From positions 63,054,001 to 63,118,000 of the forward strand of contig NC_043007.1 in assembly GCF_006345805.1 (NCBI RefSeq): 64,000 bases of DNA, given 5' to 3'. The stretch is from Octopus sinensis (lineage: Eukaryota). The notes under the pieces were generated by a model that was given only the letters and a program-made list of their open reading frames with translations, searched no databases and was not told the origin of the DNA. How positions within the stretch are numbered: position 1 is the first letter of the stretch; the number at the start of each line of letters is the position of its first letter. The translations under genes were made by a program, and so were the position numbers. Shown here one piece after another: positions 24,818 to 37,454 of this stretch.

Positions 24818-27509
24818 CATTCTGTATAGCCTACTTAACGTGGACATGCTGTAAGGAAGTCATAACACAACTGAGAAACATGTCATATAGATCTATATAG
24901 TACTAATAAACATAGGAGCAGCAGGAAATAAAAAGGTGAATATATATAGATACACACATATACCACTATATAATGCCTAGAGATTTTATTAAATCCCTCC
25001 AAAATCTTTATCATCGCAATTAATTGTAACACATAAGCGTTCTATTCATTATAAATATGATCATGAAAGGGTGAACTCTGAGAATTGACAGGTCTTCCAA
25101 ACCAAAACCTGCAGAAATATATTACTGGGCTTTAAAAAAGAAATTATATTATGTGAAAATTGTATTTATTACTCTTAGTTTCATTATAAAGAAATAACAA
25201 AAATAATATATCTAAACTAGACTTTTGTACACTACAGTACAAATTTCATATCCTCTCCCTTGATTTTTGTTATTCTAATGCTACCACTAAAAGAAAGAAT
25301 AGGGTTATCAAAACTAATTTCCTCTTACTGTGATATCTGTCAGCAAAATGTTAAGTAATTGATTCCAACAATAAATATGTATGTATTTGTCTAACCCATG
25401 CTAACATTGAAAAAATGAATCTAAGACAAGAATAATTTACATATACACAAGCATAAATCTTTAATCAAGAAGTAGAAAATTCAATATTGTTCATCTATTG
25501 AAATACAATTTCTTCTTATATTTATCAATAGCATTTCTTAATTTGACATAATAGAATTTGATTTACCTTGAAATAGAATTAACTGGCATTGGTTTGATGT
25601 TTCTTAATAAATCTTTTAGTGATCTAGGTAAAGACTTTCTTCCCTTCTAGTATACAAGCCCTTTGTCTTGAGTTGAAAGAAACTATTAATGGACTTCAGG
25701 GATCAAGTGTGAAATTAAAGCATGTTTAACATTTTTATGTTCTTTGTGTTTACATGTAATATATTCTTTTATTTGTTTCAGTCATTTGACTGCGCCCATG
25801 CTGGAGCACCGTCTTTAGTCAAGCAAATCAACAAAAGACGTGTGTGCATGTGCATATACACAAAATGTATATGTGTAGCTGTGTGTACATCTGTGTGTGT
25901 TTATTCCAAACTAAAATATAAGCTGTAAATATTTGACATTGCTGTTTTGAGTCCTTTGTCAGCTATTTTTTAAGATTTCTTATAAACAATTTCCCAGTAC
26001 ACATACACACATACATATATATATATAACAACAAGAAACTCAAGAGGGCAGCAATGTCAAACTCCCTCCTTCACCAAAAGCATAGGAATAGTCATTGAAA
26101 AGGTGATAACACTGGAGGTACCCCAGGATGGGCACAGCCTATGGGCTGAAATGCATAAAAGAAAAAAGGTATATATATATATAAAGAAAAAATAATAGAA
26201 GTTTATGAAATTATTATCATTTTTCTGATAAAGGACCACATGAAGATGTTTGTAAAATATATGTTGCAAGCTGTAGGTTTTATTTATAATTTTTATTTCA
26301 ATACCCCATTTTTTTTTTCTTGTGTTTGGTTTTCTATTTATTTTAATTAAATAAATAAATGGTTGTTAGTGGCAGAAATGGTGGGGTAATGGATTAAATG
26401 CTTTGTGGTCTTTAGTTATGTTCATTTACATTTGCAATTTGATTCCAACCTAGATTGACTGCCTTCTGTTCTTCCAGGTTCGATTAGATAAGTACTAGTC
26501 ACATATTAGTGTCAGTTAAATTCATTAAACCTGTTCTCTGAATTGTGTGGCATTGTGCCAATGTTAAAGATAATTGCATAAATAAATCTTCAACAATTTG
26601 TTCAAAATTTCACAGTTGATGGTAATTGAACAACTGCGACCTACAATTTCAAGTGAATGTAAAAAAAACTGAGTGATAAAGAAGTTTTGATGAAAAAAAA
26701 TAATAATTAGAATATGCTGAATATTTATTTCCATAGTTTTTAAGATTAATCACACACACACATCCATTTCCCAAAACACACAAACACACTCACTGGTTAA
26801 GCATTCCTGGTTTGTATCTCCCATGGTTTTAAAATTAAATATCTATATTAGTGCTGGGTAGTATGGGAGTCCTACAAACAACAAGCTAAAAAATGTGACT
26901 GAGTGTTATGTAAAAATATATCTGGAGAGTCTCATTATAAAGAGAAATCATTCCATCCATGCTTAATTTACAGAAAAAAAAAATGGCTGGAATTGTGTTT
27001 TTAAAAAAGAAAAACTCATGAACATTTTTTTTTCTTTTTTAACTTACCTAAATGCAAATGTTTTATGCCTGTGTGTATGCTTATGAATGAATATGTGAAT
27101 ATATTTGTGTATTCATGTGAATGTGGGCACATTACTAATGTGTGTATGATATAACTAAATCTCAAGCTGCTTGCACTGTGATATCAAAGCTAATCAGACC
27201 TACAGAAAAAGTGGCATTTTCTTTTTCTTTTTTTTTTATAACTTCTTTCATCTTACTTTCTCTCCCTCTCTCTCTCCTCTCTCTCTCTCAGTAATTTGAA
27301 CTTCTAATTTACAATTTCTCTAATTTATAACTGTTTTTAAAAGAAAGCTTTGAGTGTGTTTGTACATGTATATCAAACCTGTCCATTTGGTGGCATTGAC
27401 AACAACGATAGCACAATGTTATTTCACACACCTTACTTAGTAAGATTTCAATAATTCTTGTAGTTTTTGACACTTTCCTCATGATCTTGATATATTCCAT
27501 GAACTATGA

Positions 27510-30370
27510 TTAGAGGTGGTGAATGGTAGAGCGGTATTCGAAAAAGCCTTGCAGTATTTAGTTAAGCTCTGAGTTTGAATTTAGTCAAGATAAGTTTTTA
27601 CATTTTATTCTTCCAAAATTAATAAAATTGGATTAAGCAAAGGAGAACCATCTGATCCCTCCTTCATAATATATGGTCTTTGAGGTGATGTTACAAATGA
27701 GTTCAATTTAATCCAGATCACTTAGTTTTCCATCCTTCTGAAGTCAATAAAATAAAGTACCAGTTAAGAACTGAGGTTGATGTTATCATCTAACCTCTCC
27801 CCAACACACACACAAACACACAAAATTTCCAGCCTTGTGCCTGTTATAAACAAAGGCAATGGATTGGCAGAATTGTAAGAGCATCAGATAAAAAGCCTTG
27901 CAATATTTATTATGGGTGTTTTATGTTCTGAGTTCAAATCCTATCAAGGTCAACTTTGTCTTTCATCCCTTTGTGGTCTATAAAATACCAATAATCAAGT
28001 AACCCCTCTCTTAGAATTTCAGGCTTTGTGCCTATATTAAGACGACAAGCTAGCAGAATCATTACAGCACCAGACAAAATGCTTGGTAGCATTTTGTCCA
28101 TCTTTATATTCTGAGTTCAATTTCTGCTGAGGTCAGTTTTGCGTTTCATCCTTTCAGAGTTGATAAAATTAGGACCAGTTGAACACTAGGGTCAATGTAA
28201 TCAAGTTACCCCTCCCCCAAAATTGCTGATCTTGTGCCAAAATTTGAAACTGTTATTAGTGCTGTTATTGTGAGGGCAATGGATTGGTAGAAACAGAGTG
28301 TCTCATAGCACTTAGCAACTTTACACATTTTGAGTTCAAATCCCACTGAGGCTAGCTTTGCCTTTCATCTTTCCTAGATCAATACCGAGACCTGCAGTTG
28401 GTTGATTTAACTGAGTGATCCCATCACCTCTCATAATATAGTTTTAACATTGAAATGGTAGTATGTGGCAGAAGCAATAACTAAAGCATTGGACTGAATG
28501 CCTTACTGTATTTAGTCATATCCTTTTGCATATTAAGTTCAAATCTTGCCAAGCTCAACTTTAATTTTTCATTTTTCTGGAATCAACAAAATTTGAGATT
28601 TTGTACCTGTTAGCAGTCCTGATGATGATGCAACTACCAATGCCATCATGATTTCTAACATTGGCACCAAATACCAAGCAGTTGAGCACAATTAAATCTT
28701 TCGTAAAAGATAACCCTTCAACTATGAAATTCAATTTCATGGTTATTCCAGTAACTATGAAATTCAATTTCATGGTTATTCCAGTAATGATGTTAAACAT
28801 CTACCAAAAAATACAGCATTGGTATTTCTGCATGTCATGTTACTTCAATAAACTTGGCATATCCCAATGAAAAAATACTTTCAAACACAACATTCTTCAA
28901 CAAAAGATAGATTGGTATATAAAACTGCTTTCCACTGTTGAGGGTTATGAAATTTTGAGTGGATATAGCTGATTTTTGCAGTAAAAGGGTTAATTAAATT
29001 CCACTTGAGTTAAATCTGCCTATCATCAATTCAGAGGTCAAAAAAAACGTACCAAGTGATAAAATCAGTATTCCCATTTCCTGTAAATTTATGGCTCTTC
29101 ACTAAACTTCAACATCATCATTATTGTTGTTGTTATGGGGGTATTTGCAATATGAATCTAGCAAGTCTACAACCCAGTTTCAGTTGAAAGCATTTCACTT
29201 AACACTACCACTGTTACTCTCTAGAAAGGTATGAGCTTCATAGCTTCCAGTTGGTGAGGGGTGGATCTTTGAGGTGATACCTTTTGACAAAAGACATTTT
29301 GAATACAATGACAAATGGAGTGAAGTAGTAGATGCCAGGCTAAATGCTTTATACTATTCAGTTATATCCATTAGTGAAGACAGGTAACTAGGTAATTAAA
29401 GTATTTGTTTCATGATCATAAAGTTGTGAGTTTGAATCCTGGTGGCACATTGAGTCCTTGAGTAATACACTTTATTTTCACAATGCTCCAGTTCAATCAA
29501 CTGGCTAAATTGAGTTCCACCTGTATTTCAAAGGGACAGCCTGTGTTGCACTGAATCTCCCTGAGAACTATGTTACGGGTGTGCATGTCTGTGGAGTGCT
29601 CAGCCACTTGCACATTTAGTTCGTAAGAAGGCTGTTCCATTGATTGGATCAACTCAGATCCTTGTCAGCATAACCAACAGAGTGCCAATTACCGTTTTAA
29701 GTTCAAATCGTCCCTGCATTGGCTTTGTCTTTCATCCTTGTAAGGTTGTTTAAAATTAAGTAGAAATTATGTCAATTCAATAAACAAGTCTATGGCCTTG
29801 TGCTAATGTAGCAAGTCCTTGCTGATTTGTAGAATGACCAACTATGTAAACTGTTTCAATTATATTTCATTTCCTATCTCACCACTCAGTCTATTCATCA
29901 TTAGACAAAGTGAGAGTCATCTTGATCTTTCATACCCCTAGTTTCAATTGATAAATATAAATTTGGGATTAATTGAATCAGCTCTGCTACATTTATGATA
30001 TTTGTGGAAGGATTAAAACCAGTCAATCCCAGGATATAATTGAATGTGGATAACTATTACATAACATTCAAATTTTGGCACAACATCAGCTAATTTAGGG
30101 GAGGGGTTAAGTTATTTACATTGACCCCCACCATTCAACTGATACTTATAATATCAATCCTGAAAGGATGAAAGGTAAATTCGACCTCAGTGGAATTTGA
30201 ACTCAGAATGTAAAGACAGATGAAATGTCACTAAGCATTTTGGCCAAAGTATTAATGATTCTGCCATCTTATAATGCTGGTTTCTAACACAGGCACAAGA
30301 GTAGGAATCATGGTGAATGCTATAGTCCATTATTAAAGTACTTCATTAATATTTATTTTGTTGACCCAGA
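27510..30370. mobile_element. Dense cluster of SINE family B (and A-like) copies of different ages
   Basis: Repeated GAGTTCAAAT...CTTTCATCC motifs near 27570, 27700, 27930, 28112, 28332, 28536 and 29700; reverse copy at 30064-30270. Confidence 0.75.
28720..28786. repeat. Perfect 33-bp tandem duplication
   Basis: AACTATGAAATTCAATTTCATGGTTATTCCAGT x2. Confidence 0.9.
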
Positions 30371-30837
30371 ATGATAAATGGTCAACCCTTTGCAACTCAG
30401 AGTTGCCAGTTTTTTGTTTACTTGTGGTGGTGGTGCTTTTTGTTTTTTAACTAATATTATTAAATGCAATTATTAATAATAGTTTCATCATATATTTGTT
30501 TCTGAAAGAGAATTGCAATACATTTGTCTATAGTTCACCATGGTTCACTGCAGCTCAGAGATCTTAAATGTTTTAGACACAAATTCAACTAATGCTTCTA
30601 AACTAAAATAAATAAGCCATTGTTATGAGATACATAAATAATAAATTATTTGAAAGTTTATAAAAAAAAAAATCAGAATTTCAATAGACAGAAAATTACA
30701 TATATTTTTTTAAGATATTGACCCTTTTGTCTTTCTATAGAACAACAATGACAAGCCAGCTTATTGGCCTGCTTGTCCTACAAGGGTTAAGCATAAATAA
30801 GATGAACACAGAAATTGAAATCTCTGAAAACACAGAA

Positions 30838-30876
<39 letters not shown>

Positions 30877-30913
30877 CCATTTGGTTTGATCTTAAGGCAA
30901 AAGAAAGAACTAC

Positions 30914-30967
30914 TTGGCAGAGACGAAACAGTCTGCATTGATGAAATCTTTTCCATTCTTCCATCAC
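30914..30967 (-). CDS. Weak candidate exon of an unidentified minus-strand gene
   Basis: attatag|GTG...CAA|gtagtt; encodes VMEEWKRFHQCRLFRLCQ; phase-compatible with 31722-31807. No recognised homology. Confidence 0.2.
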
Positions 30968-31281
30968 CTATAATCTTAGTAAAACATTTAAATTAACATA
31001 AATTAGTGTATGTGTGTGTGTATATATATATATATGTATACACACTTAAACTTTTTAGTTTCTGTTTTTTTAAGGAATTAAACATTTGTGCATTTTAGAT
31101 CTTCTGTCAAGCCTCCACAATGTCATGTGTGTCAGCTTTCGAGCATATTCTGTAAGACTAAAATGGTGCTTCAGTTTAGTTGGTTTTATGGATTGTTCCC
31201 CCTCCCCTTTTTTTTCCACATTCAAATATGTGGGGCAGGATGTACAGAGTTGGGAGTATGATAGATATTTCATGGTGTGTG

Positions 31282-31357
<76 letters not shown>

Positions 31358-31361
31358 TATA

Positions 31362-32392
31362 TATATATATTAGTCAATTGTGATTGAAATTAAATGATGA
31401 CCAGATTTGTTTTGTTTTTTTTTTAATCTGGTCACCAGAAATGATTCAGTGACATGATAATAAATTTGGTGACATCACCATTGCTATTTCTGTCCATGTC
31501 ATATTTTAAAAAAAAAATGTGTCAGTGTTTCATCTGCTACAAAGAAGCAACTTTACATCGATTGGGATAACACCCTGTTTAAAAAAAAAAATTAATAAAA
31601 AATTTTTAAAAACTTTATTTTATTTTAGAAACAGATGAACAGACATAATTTATACTTGAATAATAATAATGTGCTATGTATAAGCTTATTTAAATGTATA
31701 TTCCTTGATATTTCCACTCACCCCTTCCTTAAAATTTTCTTTCTCATATACATATATATAATTTTGTTTCGGTTCAATTATTTCAGAGAATTCTTTAATA
31801 AAAAGGTCTTATTTAAATGAAAATTAAACTGAAAAATAAAGAACAAAATGTAACTCTCTAGACTCCATTGATTTCACCACCACCACCATCACTACCATTA
31901 TATCTGTATCTGGATATTATTAGAATTTAAGCATATAGGATCACTATATATATATATATATAATATATGTATATATATATATATATATGTTGTTTTTTTC
32001 TGCATGCATGTGTGTTTGCACATGTGCATGCATGTGTGTTTGCACATGTGCATGCATGTGTGTATGAGTAGTCATAGCAGTATTAGTAAGAGCTTTATAT
32101 GTCTTAGCACTAAGAAAGAAGAGTGTACTCAATTTCAAGTTTGTAGAATGAAAATATGTATTTGATAGTGTTAGGTCCTATCAAGGAAGCACCCATTTCA
32201 TAGGCCCAGCTGATACCAACTAGGCCCATGAAACAGATGACCTCTCCATGGACCTCTTGCTATCAAAATGAAGTATGTACTCGATATAAATGTGTATTGA
32301 GTCTTCATTTGAACTATGGTCTTCCAGACAAATACTGGATGTATTTCATATATATATAAAAATATATCTATATGTTTGTGTGTGTATATATA

Positions 32393-32423
<31 letters not shown>

Positions 32424-33429
32424 TAGTCAATTGTGATTGAAATTAAATGATGACCAGATTTGTTTTGTTTTTTTTTTAATCTGGTCACCAGAAATGATTC
32501 AGTGACATGATAATAATTTGGTGACATCACCATTGCTATTTCTGTCCATGTCATATTTTAAAAAAAAAATGTGTCAGTGTTTCATCTGCTACAAAGAAGC
32601 AACTTTACATCGATTGGGATAACACCCTGTTTAAAAAAAAAATTAATAAAAAATTTTTAAAAACTTTATTTTATTTTAGAAACAGATGAACAGACATAAT
32701 TTATACTTGAATAATAATAATGTGCTATGTATAAGCTTATTTAAATGTATATTCCTTGATATTTCCACTCACCCCTTCCTTAAAATTTTCTTTCTCATAT
32801 ACATATATATAATTTTGTTTCGGTTCAATTATTTCAGAGAATTCTTTAATAAAAAGGTCTTATTTAAATGAAAATTAAACTGAAAAATAAAGAACAAAAT
32901 GTAACTCTCTAGACTCCATTGATTTCACCACCACCACCATCACTACCATTATATCTGTATCTGGATATTATTAGAATTTAAGCATATAGGATCACTATAT
33001 ATATATATATATATAATATATGTATATATATATATATATATGTTGTTTTTTTCTGCATGCATGTGTGTTTGCACATGTGCATGCATGTGTGTTTGCACAT
33101 GTGCATGCATGTGTGTATGAGTAGTCATAGCAGTATTAGTAAGAGCTTTATATGTCTTAGCACTAAGAAAGAAGAGTGTACTCAATTTCAAGTTTGTAGA
33201 ATGAAAATATGTATTTGATAGTGTTAGGTCCTATCAAGGAAGCACCCATTTCATAGGCCCAGCTGATACCAACTAGGCCCATGAAACAGATGACCTCTCC
33301 ATGGACCTCTTGCTATCAAAATGAAGTATGTACTCGATATAAATGTGTATTGAGTCTTCATTTGAACTATGGTCTTCCAGACAAATACTGGATGTATTTC
33401 ATATATATATAAAAATATATCTATATGTT

Positions 33430-33477
<48 letters not shown>
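31362..33477. repeat. Near-identical tandem duplication, period ~1051 bp, bounded by (TA)n
   Basis: TTAGTCAATTGTGATTG at ~31370 and ~32423; identical ORFs at 31635 and 32686. Confidence 0.95.
31722..31807 (-). CDS. Weak candidate exon (duplicated at 32773-32858)
   Basis: aaataag|AC...GGG|gtgagt; encodes (D)LFIKEFSEIIEPKQNYIYVYEKENFKEG. Strong donor, no recognised homology. Confidence 0.3.
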
Positions 33478-33482
<5 letters not shown>

Positions 33483-33533
33483 CTGACTTTCTCAGCCTAT
33501 ATATATATATATAGGCTGAGAAAGTCAGTCTAA
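33478..33533. repeat. Perfect 56-bp palindrome with (TA)n centre
   Basis: TTAGACTGACTTTCTCAGCC-(TA)n-GGCTGAGAAAGTCAGTCTAA. Confidence 0.95.
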
Positions 33534-33811
33534 CTTAATTTCTACTTCAACTACTTTCTCAAAGTGCTAAGGTACATTTGAATTTCTCAATTTGAAAAAT
33601 ATATATATATAAAATATTTGGTTATTTATTTGTTTTAGTAAGAAAGGTAAATTATTATTATTATCATTATTATTATTAACTGAATTTTCCTGTACATGCC
33701 ATCAAACATAAAAAAAAATGTGATAATCTTTATATCAATGTGGTGTTTTTTGTTAATTTCATTCTCACTGCTCTTCAGTCTTCATTTGCACCAGGTTTTC
33801 ACCATACATAT

Positions 33812-34065
33812 ATCATCATCATCAATCATCTTCATCATTTAACGTCCATTTTCCATGCTGGCATGGGTTGGGTGGTTTCACAAGAGCTAGCCAGCGGAAG
33901 AGCTACCCAGGTGCCATGTCTGTTTTGGCATGGTTTCTACAGCTGGATGTCCTTCCTAAAGCCAACCACTTTACAGAATGTACTGGGTGCTTTTACAAAC
34001 CACCCGTATGGGCACTTTTACATGACACCGGCAATGGTACTTTTTACATGGTACCAGCACCCATG
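33812..34065 (-). mobile_element. SINE family C (RTE-like 3' tail)
   Basis: (ATC)n-TTTAACGTCCATTTTCCATGCTGGCATGGGTTGG...CTACAGCTGGATG, the reverse of the copies at 45 kb, 50 kb and 60 kb. Confidence 0.8.
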
Positions 34066-34312
34066 AGTATGCAAGCTTAGGATCACTCAGCTGAAGAGAT
34101 GTAGTAGATATGCTTGTATGCAAGGACAACCATTCAAATTATCTTGTTAAAATAGGAGGAACACATATTCTAAAATGTATTGTTTGTTTCTTTACTGAGA
34201 AGCATTTGACTTTAAAGTCGACAATTGCTCACCACAACTTAGTAAACCTAATGATAATAAAGGCAAAGAAATTCAGTTTAAACATGGATATATATATATG
34301 GGTGTGTGTGTG

Positions 34313-34652
34313 TGAAGTGCATGGCTCAGTGGTTCGAGTGTCAGGCTTACAATCATCATAAGAAGTGAGTTCAATTCTTGGACCAGACTGTGTGTTGTGT
34401 TCTTGAGCAAGACACTTTATTTCATGTTGCTTCAGTTCACTCATCTGTAGAAATGAGTTGCAGTGTCACTAGTGTCAAGCTGTATTGGACTTTACCTTTC
34501 CCCTGGACAACATCGGTGGCATGGAGAAGGGAGGCTGGTATGTATGGATGACTGCTGATCTTCTATAAACAACTTTGCCCGGACTTGTGCCTCAGAGAGG
34601 AACTTTCTAAGTGCAATCCCATGGTCATTCATGACCAAAGGGGACCTTTTCC
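34313..34652 (+). mobile_element. tRNA-derived SINE, family A
   Basis: TGGCTCAGTGGTTCGAG...GAGTTCAATTC head; body matches 9497-9842. Confidence 0.85.
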
Positions 34653-34674
34653 TTCTGTGTCTGTGTGTGTATGT

Positions 34675-34888
34675 TTAACCCTTTCGTTACTGTATTTATT
34701 TTGAGATGCTCTGTGTTTCTTTCAATTATTTTTAATATAACAAAGAATTTAGTAAAATAACTTAATTATCATTAAGTGTTAGGAACATAAATTGTGACTA
34801 AGGTCTGGTGGAAGATTTTAATTCAAAACTTATGAAAACAAGACATTTGTACTCAGAGCCAGAGCTGGGTTGGTAACGAAAGGGTTAA
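34675..34888. mobile_element. TTAA-flanked MITE with perfect TIRs
   Basis: TTAA-CCCTTTCGTTAC ... GTAACGAAAGGG-TTAA. Confidence 0.9.
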
Positions 34889-35047
34889 ACATGTATGTGT
34901 GTGTAATCAGTACAATATCATGCATGGCATGTCACCAGTAAATTTAGGGCTCAGTATTTATCAATTCTCTACAGTCAACTACAATGTAAATTTGATCATC
35001 ACATCTAAGGATAAGCTAAAAGACAGAGTTTGACCTATATTACATAA

Positions 35048-35226
35048 GTAAAGCAGAAAACGTTTTTATACTTGTATATAAACTTGTTTCAGTGAGTTAA
35101 GTTACCCACTTCTTCAGTTTATTAGTAAAACAAATTTTGCCAATGTACTGAAGAGATATGTAATTATCTCATTAAAACATGTATATAAAATAAGGTATAA
35201 AAATATCAAAATTGCTTCTGCTTTAC
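35048..35226. ncRNA. Diverged inverted pair of hammerhead-like motifs (Penelope-like pLTR remnant)
   Basis: The minus strand at ~35117-35081 reads CTGAAGA-AGTGGGT-aactta-ACTCACT-GAAAC-AA-GTT. The plus arm at 35148 reads CTGAAGA...AAAC-AT-GTA. Outer arms are GTAAAGCAGAA and TTCTGCTTTAC. Confidence 0.55.
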
Positions 35227-35246
35227 TCTCTCACTATATATGTATA

Positions 35247-36518
35247 TTAGGTTGTCTAGAAAGTTCATCCCAATTTTTTAAAGGAAAGAAAAAGGTCAAT
35301 AAATACTTGCCATTACATTTTTAATCAATCAAATATGAACCATTTTGTTGCACAATGTGTTTCCATCTTTCCTTTAGCTTGAAAATATCCCCTTCCCAGA
35401 ATTGAGATGGTTTCATGACAAAGAATTTGTCAAGGTATCTTTTTATGTCATCCAAGGAATTGAAATTTTTACCATTAAGACTATTCTGCAGAGACCTGAA
35501 TAAGTGGAAATCCATCTGGTGAATATGGAGGGGGGGGGGTAACACATCCCAGCCGAGCTGCAGCAATTTTTGTCTGGTTCCCAAAGAAACGTACAGTCTT
35601 GCATTATCATGTTGGAAAACTACATCCTTCCTGTTGGCCAATTCTGGGCATTTCTCTTGAATAGCTGCTTTTAACACGTCCAATTGTGTGCAGTATTTCT
35701 CAGAATTAATTGTCTGGTTACTTGGGAGAAGCTCATAGTACAGAATTCCTTTCCAATCCCACCAGACACAAAGCAAAACATTTTTAGGGTGAAGACCAGC
35801 TTTTGAGGTGGCTAAGGGTGGCTCGTGTCGCTTACTCCAGGATCGCTTTCCCTGAGCATTTCAGTCGATAATCCATTTCTCATCACCTGTCACAATTTGC
35901 TTTAAAAAAGGCGCGTTTTCATTCCGTTTATAAAGGGAATCACAGATGGAAATGCGATCCAAAAGGTTCTTCTCACTCAACTCATGTCGCACCCAAACAT
36001 CGTAGCAATTTGTGTACCCAAGATTTACCAGGTGTGCATGAACGACGGATTTTGATAAATTGAGGCTTTCTACCAATTCTCGGGTTGTGCAATGTGGGTT
36101 ATTCTCAATTAATTACTTCATTTGATCATCATCTGTAGTGGATGGTCTGCCTGATGGCTCTTTATCAATAAGGCTACAATCTCCAGTTCAGAACCTTGCA
36201 AACCACTTCCGTACAGTTCTTTCAGATAAAGAAATATCACTGTAAACTGCGCATATTTATTTGGATGCTTGTGAGGCATTTTTCCCTTTATGGAAAAAGA
36301 AAAGCATCAAGTGCCAAAAATGAACTTTCTTATCTTCCATTTTAAAGGGTTACAGAATTAACACAGGATATAGAAACATAAACATAAACGAAAAGATAGC
36401 TTAAACTGTGCTCTAAATGGAGGTGTAGTCAAATCCTATTTTATGGACTCAACCATGTTCTAAAATAAGTCAAAAGGTAAGCTACTATAAATCAACATGA
36501 ACTTTCCAAACAACCCAA
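35247..36518 (-). mobile_element. Full-length mariner DNA transposon (~1.27 kb), inactive
   Basis: TA-TTAGGTTGTCTAGAAAGTTCAT ... ATGAACTTTCCAAACAACCCAA-TA: TIRs plus TA target duplication. Confidence 0.93.
35321..36340 (-). pseudogene. Mariner transposase pseudogene
   Basis: Starts MEDKKVHF; contains WVRHEL, IVTGDEKWI, LCVWWDWKG, QHDNAR and DFHLFRSLQN, with stops and frameshifts. Confidence 0.9.
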
Positions 36519-36533
36519 TATATATATTTATAC

Positions 36534-36591
<58 letters not shown>

Positions 36592-36770
36592 TATAGTTAC
36601 AAATTGAGATAGGGGTTGTAAATGCAACCCTCCATGGGATAACATATATCCAATATACTGCTAGTGAAGTACCCAACAAAGTTAATACATAAATGTTAAG
36701 AATTGCGATGCAATTAATTCATTTACTGTATTATATGGGCAAAAGTAAAATGTTTTACCACAAATTCATA

Positions 36771-36941
36771 ATACAAAATAAGAAAATGGAGAAATACATC
36801 CAAATCAAATATGAATTACCAGATAATACCCAATCACATACTTTATTAAACCACCACATGGTGGTTTAATAAAGTATGTGATTGGGTATTATCTGGTAAT
36901 TGATATTTGATTTGGATGTATTTCTCCATTTTCTTATTTTG

Positions 36942-36944
<3 letters not shown>
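36771..36944. repeat. Near-perfect palindrome, ~86-bp arms and 2-nt centre
   Basis: ATACAAAATAAGAAAATGGAG...AAACCACCA-ca-TGGTGGTTT...CTCCATTTTCTTATTTTGTAT. Confidence 0.95.
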
Positions 36945-36979
<35 letters not shown>

Positions 36980-37068
36980 GTTCAAATTTACAGAAAGCAA
37001 AAAAAATAAGACACATCAGAGAACAACAAACAAGTGTATTAGTTTGACACTCAGGAAGAATGGAAAAG

Positions 37069-37105
37069 TTTTTGACATTTTGAGCCTATGCTCTTTGACA
37101 GAAAG
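37069..37105 (-). ncRNA. CpG-decayed minimal hammerhead-like motif (same family as 46540-46577)
   Basis: The minus strand reads CTTT-CTGTCAA-A-GAGC-ATAG-GCTC-AAAATGTC-AAAA. Flanks 36985-37068 are homologous to 46445-46540. Confidence 0.5.
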
Positions 37106-37227
37106 GGCTGAGATAAAAAAAAAAATGGAGAGAGAGAGCAAAGAAAAACAAGAGAGGAAAAAAAAAGTAAGGATTAATGGTTCCACATGATAAAATGTAT
37201 ATATATAAATATACGTATATATATATG

Positions 37228-37426
37228 CAGTAGTACCTTGGTTTCGAACAACTCTGATTACGAATAAGTTGTGTTTTTCATATATATAGATATATATAAA
37301 GCATGATTTATTCATGATCAGAGGCATTCCTACACTGAGATAGTGTATTAAATGAATATAAGAAAGACAGGAGATAAAGCACGATTTCTTCGTGATCAGA
37401 CTTGTTCGAAAACTGAGATGCTACTG
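37228..37426. mobile_element. Tc1/pogo-type MITE (related copy at ~61368-61546)
   Basis: CAGTAGTACCTTGGTTTCGAACAA ... TTGTTCGAAAACTGAGATGCTACTG inverted ends in TA-rich context. Confidence 0.7.
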
Positions 37427-37454
37427 AATATATATATATATATACACACACATA

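Noticed and set aside
24845-24890. GAAACATGTC hammerhead-like half site (similarly GAAACAGCTG near 37750)
   Set aside because: No intact CUGANGA and no stem I; too decayed to call.
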